NCBI RefSeq assembly: GCF_009914755.1
Contig: NC_060941.1
Reading direction: 5' to 3' (one strand)
DNA: 64,000 nucleotides
DNA from: the human T2T-CHM13v2.0 reference genome, Homo sapiens
Positions within the stretch are counted from its first letter, which is position 1; every line of letters begins with the position of its first letter. Positions 14,663-27,617 of this stretch are shown piece after piece. The position numbers and the translations under genes were made by a program. The notes below the pieces were generated by a model, which was given only the letters and a program-made list of their open reading frames with translations, did no database searches and was not told the origin of the DNA.

Positions 14663-14890
14663 CAGCCTTAAACTCCTGGGCTTAAACTGTCCTCCCACCT
14701 CAGCCTCCTGGGTAGCTTGGACCACAAGCACATACCACCCGGCTAACTTTTACTTTTTTTTTTGTAGTTTGTAGTGATAGGGTCTTGCTATGTTGCCCAG
14801 GATGGTCTTGAACTCGTGGTCCCAAGTGATCTTCCCACCTCATCCTCCCAAAGCATTAGGATTACAGGTATGAGCCATCATGCCTGGCCT
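14663..14890 (-). mobile_element. Truncated AluJ-like element
   Basis: Reverse Alu lacking its 3' ~80 nt and tail, fused to the L1. Confidence 0.85.
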
Positions 14891-15134
14891 CTTTTCTTAT
14901 TATGCTATAACCAGGTATTGTGATTTATCACCTGGTTTTCTTAGCTCTTGTGAAGACCTTTTTGTGGATAGTTATTCAAATAGATGTTTTTATAGAAGGA
15001 CAATCACTGGTGAGAACTATTCTACCATCTTGCTCCATTCTCTCCTTGACATGGTGATTCTTTTATTCAATTTTATTTAATTTCTATATTTTTCTCTATT
15101 ATACAAATTTTCTTCATTGACTATAAAAATATTT

Positions 15135-18100
15135 TTATTTTTATAATTTCAACTTTTATTTTAGATTCAGGAGATACATGTGAAGGTTTCTTACATGAGT
15201 ATATTGCATGATGCTGTGTTTGGGATACAAATGATCTAGTCACCCAGATAGTGAGTATAGTAAACAATGGTTAGTTTCTCCTTGCCTCCCTCCCTCGTCT
15301 GTTAGTCCCCTGGGGGACTATTGTTGCCATCTTTATGTCCATGAATACTTAATATTTAGCTCCCACTTATAAGTGAGAACATGTGGTATTTGGTTTTGTT
15401 CCTGCATTACTACGATTAGAATAATGGCTTCTAGCTGTGTCCATGTTGTTGCAAAGGACATGATTTTGTTCCTTTTTATGGCTGGGTATTCCTTTTGATT
15501 CCAGGGTATATATGTACTACATTTCCTTTATCCAATCCACCACTGACGGGCATCTCGGTTGATTCCATGTCTTTACTATTGTGAATACTGCTGTGATTAA
15601 CATATGAGGTCATGTTTTTTTGGAAATTTATCCATTTCCTCTAGGTTTTCTAGTTTGTGTGCATTTTCCTTTGGTTATATACCCAATAATGGGATTGCTG
15701 GGTCAAATGGTAGTTCTATTTTAAGTTCTTTGAGAAATCTCCAAACTGCTTTCCACAGTGGCAGTGTTCCCTTTTCTCCACAGCCTTGCTGGTATCTGCT
15801 GTTTTTTAATTTCTTAATAATAACAATTCTGTCTGGTATAATAAGGTATCTCATTGTGGATTTGATTTGCATTTCTCTGATGATTAGCAATGTTGAGCAT
15901 TTTTTCATGTTTGTTGACTGCTTGTATGTCTTCCTTTGAGAAGTGTCTGTTCATGTTTTTTGACCACTTTTTAATGGGATTACTGGTTTTTTGCTTGTTG
16001 AAATAAGTTCCTTATAGATACTTGATATTTGACCTTTGTCAGATGAATAGGTTATGAATATATTCTCCTGTTCTCTAGGTTGTCTATTTACTCTGTTGAT
16101 AGTTTCTTTTGCCGTGCAGAAGTTCTTTAGTTTACTTAGGTCCCGCTTGTCCATTTTTGGTTTTGTTGCAATTGCTTCTGAGGACTTAGTCATAAATTCT
16201 TTCCTAAGGCAGATGTCCAGAATGGTGTTTCCTAGGTTTTCTCATAGGATTCTTACAGTTTGAAGTCTTATGTTTAAATCTTTGATTCATCTTGAGTTAA
16301 ATTTTGTATATGGTGAAAGGTGGGGGTCCACTTTGATTATTCTGCATATTGCTAGCTAACTATCCTAGGACCATTTATTAAATACGGAGTCCTTTCCCGA
16401 TTGCTTATTTTGTCTGTTTGTCAAAGAACAGATGGCTATTGGTGTGTGGCTTTATTTCTGTGTTCTCTATTCTGTTCCATTGGTCTATATGCCTTTTTTG
16501 TACAAGTATCATGCTGTTTTGGTTACTGTAGCCTTATAGTATAGTTTGAAGTCAAGTAATGTGATGCCTCCAGCTTTGTTCTTTTTGCTTATGGTTGTTT
16601 CGGCCATTCAGGCTTTTTAATATAAATTTTAAAATATTTTTTCTAATTCCATGAAAAATGACATTAATAGTTTGGTAGAAATAGTGTCAAATCTGTAGAT
16701 TGCTTTGGGGAGTATGGCCATTTTAACTATATTATTTCAATCCATAAGCATGTCATATTTTTCTGTGTCATCTATGATTTCTTTCAGCAGTGTTTTGTAA
16801 TTCTTCTTACAGAGATCTTTCACCTCCTTGGTTAGATAAGTTAGATGTATTCCTAGGAATTTATTTTTTGTGTGGCCATCTATTTGGATACTTTCTATTT
16901 CCTTTTCTTGCATCATTGCTCTGGCAAGAAATTCAGTACTATGTTGAATAGGAGTGGTGAAAGTGAGCATCCTTGTCTTGTTGCAGTTTTCAAGGGGAAT
17001 GGTTCCATCTTTTGCCCATTCAGTATAATGTTGGCTATGGGTTTGTCATTGATGTTTCCTATTATTTTTAGGTAAGTTCCTTCAATGCCTATTTTGTTGA
17101 GGGTTTTTATCATGAAGGGATGTTGGATTTAATCATAGGCTTTTCCCACATCTAGTGATATACTCATATGGTTTTATTTTTAATTCTCTTTATGTGGTAA
17201 ATCACATTTATTGATTTGTGTATGTTGAACCAACCTTGTATCCCAGGAGTTAAGGCAAGTTGATCATGGTAAACTAAATTCTGATGTGCTGTTAAATTCA
17301 GTTTGCTTACATTTTGCTGAGGATATTTGTATCTATATTCACCAGGGATATTGTTCTGTAGTTTTCTTTGTTGTGTCTTTGCCAGGTTCTGGTATTAGGG
17401 TGATGCTGGCTTCATAAAATGAGTTACGGAGTAGTCCCTCATCTGTGAATTTTTAGAATAGTTTCAGTAAAATTGCTCAGCTCTTTTTTGTAAGTCTGAT
17501 AGAATTCAGTTGTGAATCCATCTGGTCTGGGTCTTTTCTTGGTTGGTAGATTTTTCATTACTGGTTCAATTCTGGAACTTGGTATTGGTCTGCTAGGGTT
17601 TCAATTTCTTCCTGGTTGGATCTTGGGAGATTGTGTGTTTCCAGGAATTTATCCATTTCTTCTAGATTTTCTAGTTTGTGTGCATAGAGGTGTTCATAAT
17701 AGTCTCAGAGGATCTTTTGTATTTCTGTGGGATCAGTTGTAATGTCGCCTTTGTCATTTCTGATTGTGCTTATTTGGATTTTCTCTCTTTTTTTTCTTTT
17801 TTAGTCTAGCTAGTTGTCTATCGATCTTGTTTATCTGTTCAAAAAACCAATTTTTGGTTTCACTTATTCTTCATGTGGATTTTTGGGCCTCAATTTTGTT
17901 AGTTCTGCACTGATTTTAGTTATTTCTTTTCTTCTGCTAGTTTTGGGATTTTGTTCTTGTTCTTCTAGTTCCACCAGGTGTTATGTTAGAGTGTTAATTT
18001 TACATCTTTCTAACTTTTCGAAGTAGGTATTTAGTGCTATAAACTTCCCTCTTACCACTGCTTTTGCTGTATTCCAGAGATTTTGGTATGTTGTATCTCT

Positions 18101-18645
18101 GTTTTCATTTATTTCAAAAAATTTTTTTTAATTTCTGCCTTAATTTCATCATACCCAAAAGTCATTCAGGAGAAAGTTTTTAAATTTCCATGTAATTCCA
18201 TGATTTGGGGAGATCTTCTTGGTATTGCTATTTTTATTCTTCTGTGGTCTGAGAGTATGGTTGGTATGATTTCAACTTTTTAAAATGTATTGAGACTTGC
18301 TTTATGTCTGAGCATGTGGCCAATCTTGGAGTATGTTCTGTGTGCAGATGAGAAGAATGTATATTCTGTGCTGATCAGTGAAGTGTTCTCTAGATGCCTG
18401 TTAGGTCCAATTGGTCAAGTGTCAAATTGAAGTCCAAAATTTCTTGTTAGTTTTCTACCTCAGTGGTCAATTTAACAGTGTCAATGGGTTGTTGAAGTTT
18501 CCTACTACCATTGTTTGGCTCTCTAAGTCTTTTCATACATCTAGAAATCATTGTTTTAAGAATCTGGGTGCTCCAATGTTGGGTGCATATATATTTAGGA
18601 TAGTTAACTCCTCTTGTTGAATTGAACCCCTTATTATGTACAATA
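15135..18645 (-). mobile_element. Older L1 (L1PB/L1PA-like): ORF2 and 3'UTR with internal deletions
   Basis: Minus-strand ORF2 peptides KKCSTLLIIREMQIK and [17 protein letters not shown]; T-rich tail at the left end. Confidence 0.93.
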
Positions 18646-19079
18646 TGTGAACACCAAAAAATCACAGAAGGAATACTGCTTGGTCTTTGAATTTTTTTTT
18701 TTGGTGATATTCAGAATGAAATAGCTATTTTTAAGGGAAAGAATAAAGTAATATGTTAAACTGACAGGTATTTTAAAAATTAAATAATATAAAAGATATG
18801 TGGAAAATATATAGATACACCTACATGCACATACACTTATATAAGGGAGAAATGATTTTAAAAAATATAAAATCCCATAAAACTATTCAAAGATGACAAG
18901 GAAAATTAGCACCCCCTGAAAACAATAAGTTAATGTTGTTAAGAGTATGCAAAATTTAAAAAATCTGAACAAATACTACTGTGACTCCCTTTATTTTCAA
19001 AAGGTATAATGGAACTACTTTTCAACATGAGTGCTTGTCTACTTGTGTGTCCAAGGACCTCCTAATACTTGTGAGGTTT

Positions 19080-19386
19080 TTTGGTTTTGTTTTTGTTGTT
19101 TTTTTTTTTTTTTTGACAGAGTCTCACTCTGTCACCCAGGCTGGAGTGCACTAGCACATGGCTCACTGCAACCTCTGCCTCCCGGGTTCAAGCAATTCTC
19201 CTCCCTCAGCCTCCCGAATAGCTAGGACTACAGGCAAATGCCAACGCCCGGCTAATTTTTGTATTTTTATTAGAGATGGAGTTTCACCATATTGGCCAGG
19301 CTAGTCTCGAACTCCTGACCTTGTGATCCACCTGCCTCGGCCTCCCAAAGTGCTGGGATTACAGGCGTGAGCCACTGCACCTGGCC
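19080..19386 (-). mobile_element. Alu (AluS-like)
   Basis: Full dimer in reverse orientation. Confidence 0.95.
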
Positions 19387-19608
19387 CCTTACTTTTGAGT
19401 TTTAAAGCAATTTCTGGAACACTTTCAGAAGACTCTTGAGTTGTAGTTGGTTATAAAAGAAAACCTGTATACCTGTTGTATCATGAACTGGTGTGAAGTA
19501 GTCATGCAACTCTTGGCTACTGAATATACCCTTCACATATTTCAGCAAGAGAATGTTTTGTAAAAGGTAAAAAAGTCATATTTTTAAAAAATTCTAAGTT
19601 TATATAGT

Positions 19609-19614
19609 TTTATT
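19609..19614 (-). terminator. ABCA6: ABCA6 polyadenylation signal AATAAA
   Basis: First AATAAA on the minus strand about 250 nt past the stop, with U-rich sequence downstream. Confidence 0.7.
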
Positions 19615-19862
19615 TCCACAATACCCAGTGCCTGACTCTTTGGGTGACTTTACTAATATTTTGTATTGCCTTTATCACAGGTTTGCTATCACCCCTATGT
19701 TTGAGAGGAAGAATAATTTTAAAATTTATGTATTTGTTAACTAAATTTACAAAATATACCTGATGTTAATTTTAAATGATCTTTAAAATTAAACATACTA
19801 TTAATTATTACATAAAACATAAGTTTATAGGAGATCAACAAAAAATTACTAGGTTTGAGGTT

Positions 19863-19964
19863 TTAAGGTTCATCTGAATGAGGGAGGAGTTTCCATCTCA
19901 TTGTTGTATCAATTTCTTCATCAAAATTTCCTACTTCCTGTTCTTTAGAAAGCTCTAAGAATAC
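19863..19964 (-). CDS. ABCA6: ABCA6 terminal exon, coding part: [33 protein letters not shown]
   Basis: tag|GTA...TAA (stop at 19865-19863). Confidence 0.95.
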   Translation of the reverse strand, partial: VFLELSKEQEVGNFDEEIDTTMRWKLLPHSDEP

Positions 19965-20099
19965 CTAATTAGGAGACAAAGAAGAAGGAAAGAAGGAAGA
20001 GAGATTATCAAGTTGTTGGTCTTCCAAATGAACAGGAAAATGTATGTTGCTTTCATGTGAAATTTACCAGATGATACAAAGTCAAACCACTTGACTTAC

Positions 20100-20155
20100 C
20101 TTCTCCAGTGTGCACTGAGAAAGGCTGTATTCTTCCAGGTTAAAGTTATGCTTCA
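20100..20155 (-). CDS. ABCA6: ABCA6 exon ~38 (56 nt): VKHNFNLEEYSLSQCTLEK
   Basis: cag|TG...AAG|gtaagt. Confidence 0.95.
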
Positions 20156-20624
20156 CTGGAGGAAAAAAAAGACTAGTATTAATAGTAGATGCTTACAATT
20201 TATTACCAAGAATTTTTTCAAAATCATAAAGAATAAAAATGTAAATCATTAATATAAATAAAGCTGAATAAGCCAATGCTTGATGTAAGGATGAAATAAT
20301 GAAAGCCATACAGAATTAATATAAATATATACTATGTTAATATTGATGTTATTTTCTCATATTATGTTTCAATAATATTTGTTTTGGTATTGCGTGCGTA
20401 TGTCTTTGGAAGATACATATGTTCTTTGAAGAACTACATCATTGATCAAAATATTCTTACACATGAGGAAGATCCTATCCCATCCTCTTTAAGAGAACTC
20501 AAAACTCCCTTCAGCCAGTTCATCTGTTATATCACCTCTCTGCTGGACTTCCCCACCAAAAAGTCTGCATGACAGTTGTCACCAGATTCACATATCCACA
20601 TGTGCATACTTCACCATTTATACG

Positions 20625-21310
20625 CTAAGAATCTGCTACGTGTGAGGCACTCTTAGATGGCAGAAACAGAACAGTCAAGAAAATAGACAAGTACTCCTGC
20701 CTTGATATAGTTTGCATTTTAGTGGGAGGAATTAGTGACATTAAATACACAAGCACTGCATATATGATAAAGTTAATGATGATAGTGGCTTTAAAGAAAA
20801 ATAAAGTTGGTAAAAATAAATAGGGAGCGCTAGGCACTCTTTTTTACCGGATGGTCAGAGAAGGCCACACTAATAAGGTAATAATTGAACCAACATCTGA
20901 AAATGGGAGGAAGAAGCCTGGATGTTTAGGAAGGAGAATTCCAGGAAGAAGGATTAGCAAGTACAAAGTCCTGAGGCAGGAGCTTACATGTCTGGCAGCA
21001 TTTAGGAAGAACTAGAAAGTCATCTATCTAGCATGGAAGGAACAAAGCAGAGATATATATTATGATATATATTATGTCAAACACAATGAGCTAGGCACTG
21101 TTCTAGGCACTTAAAATATTTACTCATTTAATCCTAACAACATGGCCAAGTGGGCACTAATAGTATCCATCATTGCAGAGACGAACCATCTAGATATGCA
21201 GGGATTGAGTACCTCACCCAACGTCACCCAGCTAGTAAGCAGCATGCCTGGGCTGAGAACCCAGAAAGATGGGCTCTAAAGTTTGAGCTCTTCACCATTA
21301 TGCTGTGCTG
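20625..21310. mobile_element. L2 fragment followed by a MIR
   Basis: L2 3'-end motifs (ggtcagagaaggcc, ttccaggaagaagg..agcaagtacaaagtcctgaggcagga); MIR core at about 21070-21310. Confidence 0.65.
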
Positions 21311-21955
21311 AGAAATTACACCCAATGGTCTGCTGTTGGGAATGACGGGGTTGAAAGCAGAGAAAATGATGACAGGAGAGAGAGTGTGGACAATTACAAC
21401 CAGCAAAAGGAGTTACACACAATGCAGGGGACGGTCAAAGCTATCATTCAAATAGGAAGGCCAAATACACCTGCACAGACACAAGGAGGTTGATGGATGG
21501 ATGGAAACTTTCTCTGTTGCTTCTATTTTATTAGTGAAATATAAAGCAAGGGCATCAACTGAGGGATAAAAGTGGGAAGGAGGTGGATATGTAAGGAAAG
21601 AAAGGGAGTAAAGTAATAATTTGGGACACTTGGTGTGAATGGATTATATACATGTAGGCAAAGCAGGCCACACAGAGGGGCTTTTAGAGGGGGATGCCAT
21701 GGTTTCACAGTAAGAACAGTTAAGCATGTGTGTTTCCTGCAGCTTCGGTCCCTGCACTGGAGATTAACCTCTTTTCACAGAGTCAGAGTAACCTAAATTG
21801 GGATTAAATCTCACCATTACCTACAGTTAGAATTCTTAAAAATCATGCCCTACAGCCCTATTTTAAAAAATTGTTACACAATTAGCTTCCATTAAATTAT
21901 TATTTTAGTATTAGTTGATTCTTCAAAAGATTTATTTGAATGTGGTCACTCTTAC

Positions 21956-22035
21956 CTGCTTCTAATTTGTGAAAGGTCTGTGATAGAGGGTAAACGTCTG
22001 CCACGGGCAGCTTATAGGTTAACAAAGAGGAATAC
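21956..22035 (-). CDS. ABCA6: ABCA6 exon ~37 (80 nt): YSSLLTYKLPVADVYPLSQTFHKLEA
   Basis: cag|G...G|gtaaga. Confidence 0.95.
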
Positions 22036-23201
22036 CTGAAAACAGGAAGATGTCGTTTTCAGCTCTGAGTTTCAAGGGGAGAAAATGAGCATCAGAATAA
22101 ATATTGATATTACCAACAATTTTCTTCTTAAAATAAAAGTAATGCAAATTAATGTATGGCTTAAATATGAAATCACAGCATTGTTTTGAATTGCTTTTTG
22201 GTATCTGGCTGTTGCAGACAGTTCTCCTGGTAATAACTCAGCATAATTATATATGTGCTCAGCTTATGCAAAACCTTTGCGTGTTGAAAATCAGGTATTC
22301 TGAACTATTCCCTTTGATTAGTTCGAATTAGGTTGGGAATTAACCCCAAAATAAATGTTCATCTTTGTCATCAGAAAGCTAATTCATTGTTTTGTTTTTT
22401 TTAATGAATGAATTTTTTCTTTATTTCTTACATTTCCAGCAATTTGCTTTACATTTACAATGGAAAATATAAACACTTAAACAAAAGTAAATTCAGGACT
22501 ATTTTGTAAAACCATAAATAGTGGCAAATCTTGGAGATGGAGGTTGATATTGGCGAAAGATCTGTAAGGAAGACATATTTATTCTGAAGGCTTTTTCTAG
22601 GCCCTAGGGCAATCTAGAAGTAAGGAAATCAATAGAGCTTGGGCTGCCAACCAAAAAACCTCGGAATCTCCTTGATTCCCCCTCCTCCCAGAAGTCTAAC
22701 TTGTAAAGAATAATATGAGGTTGGGAGAGTTGGAGATTGCAGTAGAGGAAGGACATAAAACACTTTAACAAAATACTTCCTGACCTCTAAGGAAGAGACG
22801 TAATTGATTTGGGGCATCTTGCTTCCGTGTGCTACTTCTGGCTGTAAACCCTCATGCCCTATTCCCAGCTTATTCCCAAACAGGGGTTTGGTGCTCCCAG
22901 GTGGCACTAAGGTTGACCAGATGTCCAAGATTGGCCCTTTTCAGACCAGCCACTGCTCTTTCTGTTTTATCATTTTTGATCTTCCCACCTATATCAGAAC
23001 CACTTCTCTGATTTGTGACACCAAACGTCTGGGAATGGGACAAAGTTACATGTTCTGATATCTATCTTAGAAAATTTAATTACATTTACACTGTGCTAAA
23101 ATAAAATAGTAGCTTTTATGTCCTATTTTTTGATGTACTTATCTCTCCACGGGAATTTCAAATTCAGTTTCTGCTCCACCTTCTTGCCCTCCCCCAAATA
23201 A

Positions 23202-23215
23202 CATACAGACATACA

Positions 23216-23251
<36 letters not shown>

Positions 23252-23282
23252 TATGTGGGCATGCACACACACATACACACAT
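23202..23282. repeat. (CA)n microsatellite
   Basis: Pure CA run at about 23219-23249 with degenerate flanks. Confidence 0.9.
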
Positions 23283-23758
23283 ACCCCTTTCCACTCTCTA
23301 TTTTAAGGTATGAAAATTCCATTAAAGAAAGACTCTTTGATTATCTCAATTGCCATTTGTTTCCTATGGGGAAAATTCACCCTAAATATTTACATCTTTT
23401 AAATTTTAAATATTTATATATGTTAAGCATTTATGAGGAGGCCCAGGAAGGACACCATTGTGGTCCTGTGTGGGTTTGAGTCATTAGAAGTTCCTTCTCC
23501 CAAGTCTTTCCAAGTACCCCTCTGGAGCTGGGGATCAGCCTGGGATGGCCGAGGAGAGTGTGCCTGGTCTGCCCCAGGGGACACAGCTTCCTGGGTAGGT
23601 CTCAATCTCTTATAATCTGGAATACTGAACAAATCCTTTTCTGAGGTCCCTAACTTTTATTATGAAGCCAAATCACTATGAAGTTCTCACACAGCAAAAA
23701 GGAAACCACTGAGTGGATAAACCCTCCATATTTCTCCATAATCAAAAGCCCGTCTCAC

Positions 23759-23899
23759 CTTTCCTGCCCTGCAGCCTGTGGGAAAAGCTTCAGAATCTCA
23801 GTGTGGACCAAAGTCACTTGAGACGTTTCCTTCACTTTTAGCTCTAGAATGTAATCCTTGCCAAGTTTGTTTTTCAGGTGTTGGATGGAGCCAATGCAT
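23759..23899 (-). CDS. ABCA6: ABCA6 exon ~36 (141 nt): [24 protein letters not shown]...
   Basis: tag|A...AG|gtgaga. Confidence 0.95.
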
Positions 23900-24097
23900 C
23901 TATGGGCAAGAAAGAGAATATGTTGGAAAAAATATTGCCCTTAATTTTTTAATGTTATTCTTAAATTTCAAATGTAGAAGAAAAGGTGTCACCAAGGAAG
24001 CCAAACGGAAGGGCTCCAGCCACACACAGGGATTTTTGCCCTTTCCATGGGAAATCTCATTTTGAGCATCAAATGCAGGCTTCGGAGAGACACCCAC

Positions 24098-24217
24098 CTA
24101 AGCCTTCCAGACACCATGATGGCCACACGGTCACACAAGGCTTCCGCCTCAGCCAGGTTATGGGTGGTCAGGAGGACACCTCTCTCTGTGTTTTTAACGA
24201 CTGCCTGGATTGCCTGC
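24098..24217 (-). CDS. ABCA6: ABCA6 exon ~35 (120 nt): NBD2 H-loop [16 protein letters not shown]
   Basis: cag|G...AG|gtgggt; ORF-track 23989..24330. Confidence 0.95.
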
Positions 24218-25146
24218 CTGCAGTGAGCAAAAAAATTAACAGTATTTAAAATAACTAAGTGCAGAAGAAAAAAAAGATAAAATACAATATATGAATCATA
24301 TTCAGATCCTAATGCAAAAAAATAGTGCAATGTAAGTACTGACTAGGTTTTTGATAACATAAATAACATTTTTAAGTATTTTTAGATGTGCTAATCATAT
24401 TGTAGTTGAGTTATCTTCTGAAGATACTAACTGAAATATTTATAAATTAAAGAATATGTTGCTTTGTATTTCCTTCAAAATAATTGGAGGGTGGAGAAAG
24501 GAAGTGGGTGGAGATATAGATCAAAGGAGATTGGTTCTATTGATACCTGCTGAAACTTGTCCATGGGAATAATGGATTCATAAGCGATTCTCTACATTTG
24601 TATAAAATTACCATAACAAAGTTTTTGTTAAAGTTGGAAAAGTATCGGACAGTGACCAATATGAAACTAGATTGAAGATTTTATTATTCCAAAGGGTAAA
24701 TCCTAGATGGGAAAAGTAAGTAAAAGAATAAACCCGAGAAAAACTGGAGGAACAAATTTGACAGGTCACATTAAAAAGGAAAAAAAACAAACAGGAAAAT
24801 TGTGTCAGGAAGTTAATAGTCTCCCAGGAAACAAAGTAGAAGGGAAAAAAGAAGAAACAGTTATAGACATCTCAATAATTAAAAGGCAAAATATTTTTGT
24901 ATTTTAACAGTCCACATTAAAAACCTAAAACCCCAAGAAAATGTTGGGTCTTTTTAACCTGAATACCACGTGAACATCATGCAGATTAGATCATCTACTG
25001 GTTAAATATTTGTTTTCCTGATAATATAAATTATTTCCACTGAATCAGGAACTAGTGGGTTTGAGGGCTGATTTTCCAAGACCAGTTAAAATATGCAACC
25101 TTCCCTAATGTGCATGCTCGCAGCTCTGGGGTATAATGATGCTCAC

Positions 25147-25241
25147 CACATTTGCTGCTGCCCTGTGGGGTCTATGCCCGTAGATGGTTCATCCAGGAGC
25201 AAGACAGGTGAGTTTCCCAGGAGGCTCAGCACAAAACACAA
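25147..25241 (-). CDS. ABCA6: ABCA6 exon ~34 (95 nt): NBD2 Walker [13 protein letters not shown]
   Basis: cag|TTG...TG|gtgagc. Confidence 0.95.
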
Positions 25242-25317
25242 CTGCAATGTAGAAAAACACCCCTGTTTGCTGCCATACCACACCAGCTCTCCATAGAGCA
25301 TCACACACCGCACGTAC

Positions 25318-25393
25318 CTTTCTCGTGATTCCTGCTGTTAATTTCTGCACAGGAACATTCAGCTGCTCATGCAGTTTGAAAGCACTCACTAAT
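25318..25393 (-). CDS. ABCA6: ABCA6 exon ~33 (76 nt): [25 protein letters not shown]
   Basis: cag|A...AAG|gtacgt; followed by a 76-nt intron. Confidence 0.95.
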
Positions 25394-25912
25394 CTGACAG
25401 AAAACAGAATGAGAATATCTGGTCAAGACAAGGTTTTTGGAAAATCCAAGCACACAGAACAGTAACAGCATTAGAGGGAAGTTTAGTAATATTATTGTCA
25501 AAATCCTAACTCATGATTTTAAAAAAGAGATTGGTTTATTTTGGAACATGAAAGACTTTTTTTTTTTTTGCCTCATAAACAGTTTTAGGAAAAACTAGAA
25601 TTCTGAATGAGAAACTGACAATGGATGATTATTTCATTTCCAGGTTTTTTAAATTAGAAAACTGAAATGGATGACGATTCATGGTGATTCGTTCACTTAT
25701 TCCTTGTCAATTATTTTATATAATCATGTTTTAAAGATCTCTCATTCAGGGATGCAGGAAGTCAGGTCTTGTCCCTCATCCCTGCTCTGCCACTGACACT
25801 CTGGAAAGGTGGAGATAGCATATTGACTCTCGGTTCTTTATTAGTGAATTCATCATCAGTGCTACAGTCTCCCTGCATTCTGACACAAAGGAATCGCAGG
25901 TCCCGTCTGTAC

Positions 25913-26067
25913 CTTGCGATGGCGAGCCTCGCGTCCGCTTTCCTGAGCCCCTTGACGGCAGCATACACCTCCAGGTGTTCCCTCAACGTCAGCATGGGCC
26001 ACAGCACGTTCTCTTGAGGGCAGTACCCCAGGTGGCCCAAAACTGAACTGCAGCCTTTCAGTTCCAC
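25913..26067 (-). CDS. ABCA6: ABCA6 exon ~32 (155 nt): NBD2 Q-loop GYCPQEN
   Basis: tag|GTG...AG|gtacag; ORF-track 25762..26067. Confidence 0.95.
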
Positions 26068-26510
26068 CTAAAAAAATAAAAGAGCTTTAGAAAGGCATGC
26101 AGCCTTTATTCCAATAGCGTAATTACTCCAGAAACTGACATATATAAGCGTCTAAATTGTTTAAGCATCAAATAAATACTATAGAAATTACTTCATATAT
26201 TTATTACAGAAAATGATTTAAAGTACAAATATAAAAATATAGTTTTACATGCAGAGGAGAAAAGAGACCTAATAAGCTCAGGTAGTTCTTGAGAAACTGA
26301 TGAGTAAAAGGTAATTGGTTTCTGGTAAGATTCCAAGTCCTGTTATAAACACCTGATGCCCAGTAAAAATTTAAAGAGGGGAAAAATAAAATTTATCCAA
26401 AGGCAAAAAAAAAAAAAAAAAGAAAAGAAAAATAGTATAGTCTTACAAAGATATAATCTATACGTATCATGAAATTTCTGTTTTGGAAATGGAAACCATT
26501 TCCTCACTAC

Positions 26511-26602
26511 CTCTCCAGCAGTTGGCTTTGTGATCCCAGATATCATTCTAATAGATGAACTTTTTCCAGCACCACTGGGTCCTAGCAATCCCAAAATTTC
26601 AC
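26511..26602 (-). CDS. ABCA6: ABCA6 exon ~31 (92 nt): NBD2 Walker A GPSGAGKS
   Basis: cag|GT...GAG|gtagtg; ORF-track 26343..26594. Confidence 0.95.
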
Positions 26603-27499
26603 CTGAAAGAAAGAATCAGACTATCAATATTGGAAGTGAAATACTGAACAACATAAACCTTTTGCTCCAGTGAAATCTTCTGAGATTTCTGCACCCTTCA
26701 GTTAGTACCATTTTGAGATTGATAACATATATGTAATCCACGTCACCAAAGCATGTTCTTTATTTTCTGTAATTATGCCAAATGTTACTGCAAAGCTAAT
26801 GAATTTGATGTCAATACATCTGTCCTTTTCCCCCCAGATTACTTGTTTCAGTTGGAAATGTGTCCAACTGTTTTCCGTAATAGATGGCCGATGCACTGAG
26901 TACATGTATGAATGATTCTCAAACTTGAGAAGTTAGGGATATTTTCTTCATCCCAAATTCAACCACCTCTGTCCAAGTTACCATCATCTTTCATCCCAAC
27001 TGATATAAAAGCCTCTGAACTTGTCCCCCCCAACCCAAACTGACAAACAAACAATAGCCAATCTGTAATCTTTTCAAAATATAAATTAAATATGACACAA
27101 GTCCGCTAAAAACTCTCCAATGGTATTATGCTAACTTGTATAAAACACAAACTCATTGCTGTTTTCAAAAGCTGTACCTAATCTGGCGCTGCTCAGCTCT
27201 ATAGCTTTATCCCTTCCATTTATGGATGCATTCACTGGCCTCTTGGCTAGAGACACAACGTTTCCAAATGTGTCTGAGTCCCTGCCCTCACTGTTTCCTC
27301 TACCTGGATGCTCTTTGTCTAGTGGCTTCATAATTGTATTTCCAGAGTCTAAAACACTCCCTGGCACACTAAATATATATATATATATATATAGAATAAA
27401 TGAATGAATGCTTCAGCGAGTAAAACTGTGCCTATGACATAGATGTTCGGTAGGTAGTTCTAAAAGTAATGGTAAGTTTTAAAAGGGATTATTACAGAC

Positions 27500-27617
27500 C
27501 TTCTTGAACACAGAAAGAGATATTTCTTGCTGCTATTTTCTTCTTCCTCTTTGAAAAGCAACTTTTCTTCTGGCCTGCATATTCTTTGTGTAGACAGCTG
27601 GCAATTATAACAGGTTT
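27500..27617 (-). CDS. ABCA6: ABCA6 exon ~30 (118 nt): [39 protein letters not shown]
   Basis: tag|AAA...G|gtctgt. Confidence 0.94.

Noticed and set aside
12519-14685. Longest ORFs (205, 144 aa and others) as novel genes
   Set aside because: They are fragments of L1 ORF1/ORF2 broken by stops and frameshifts.
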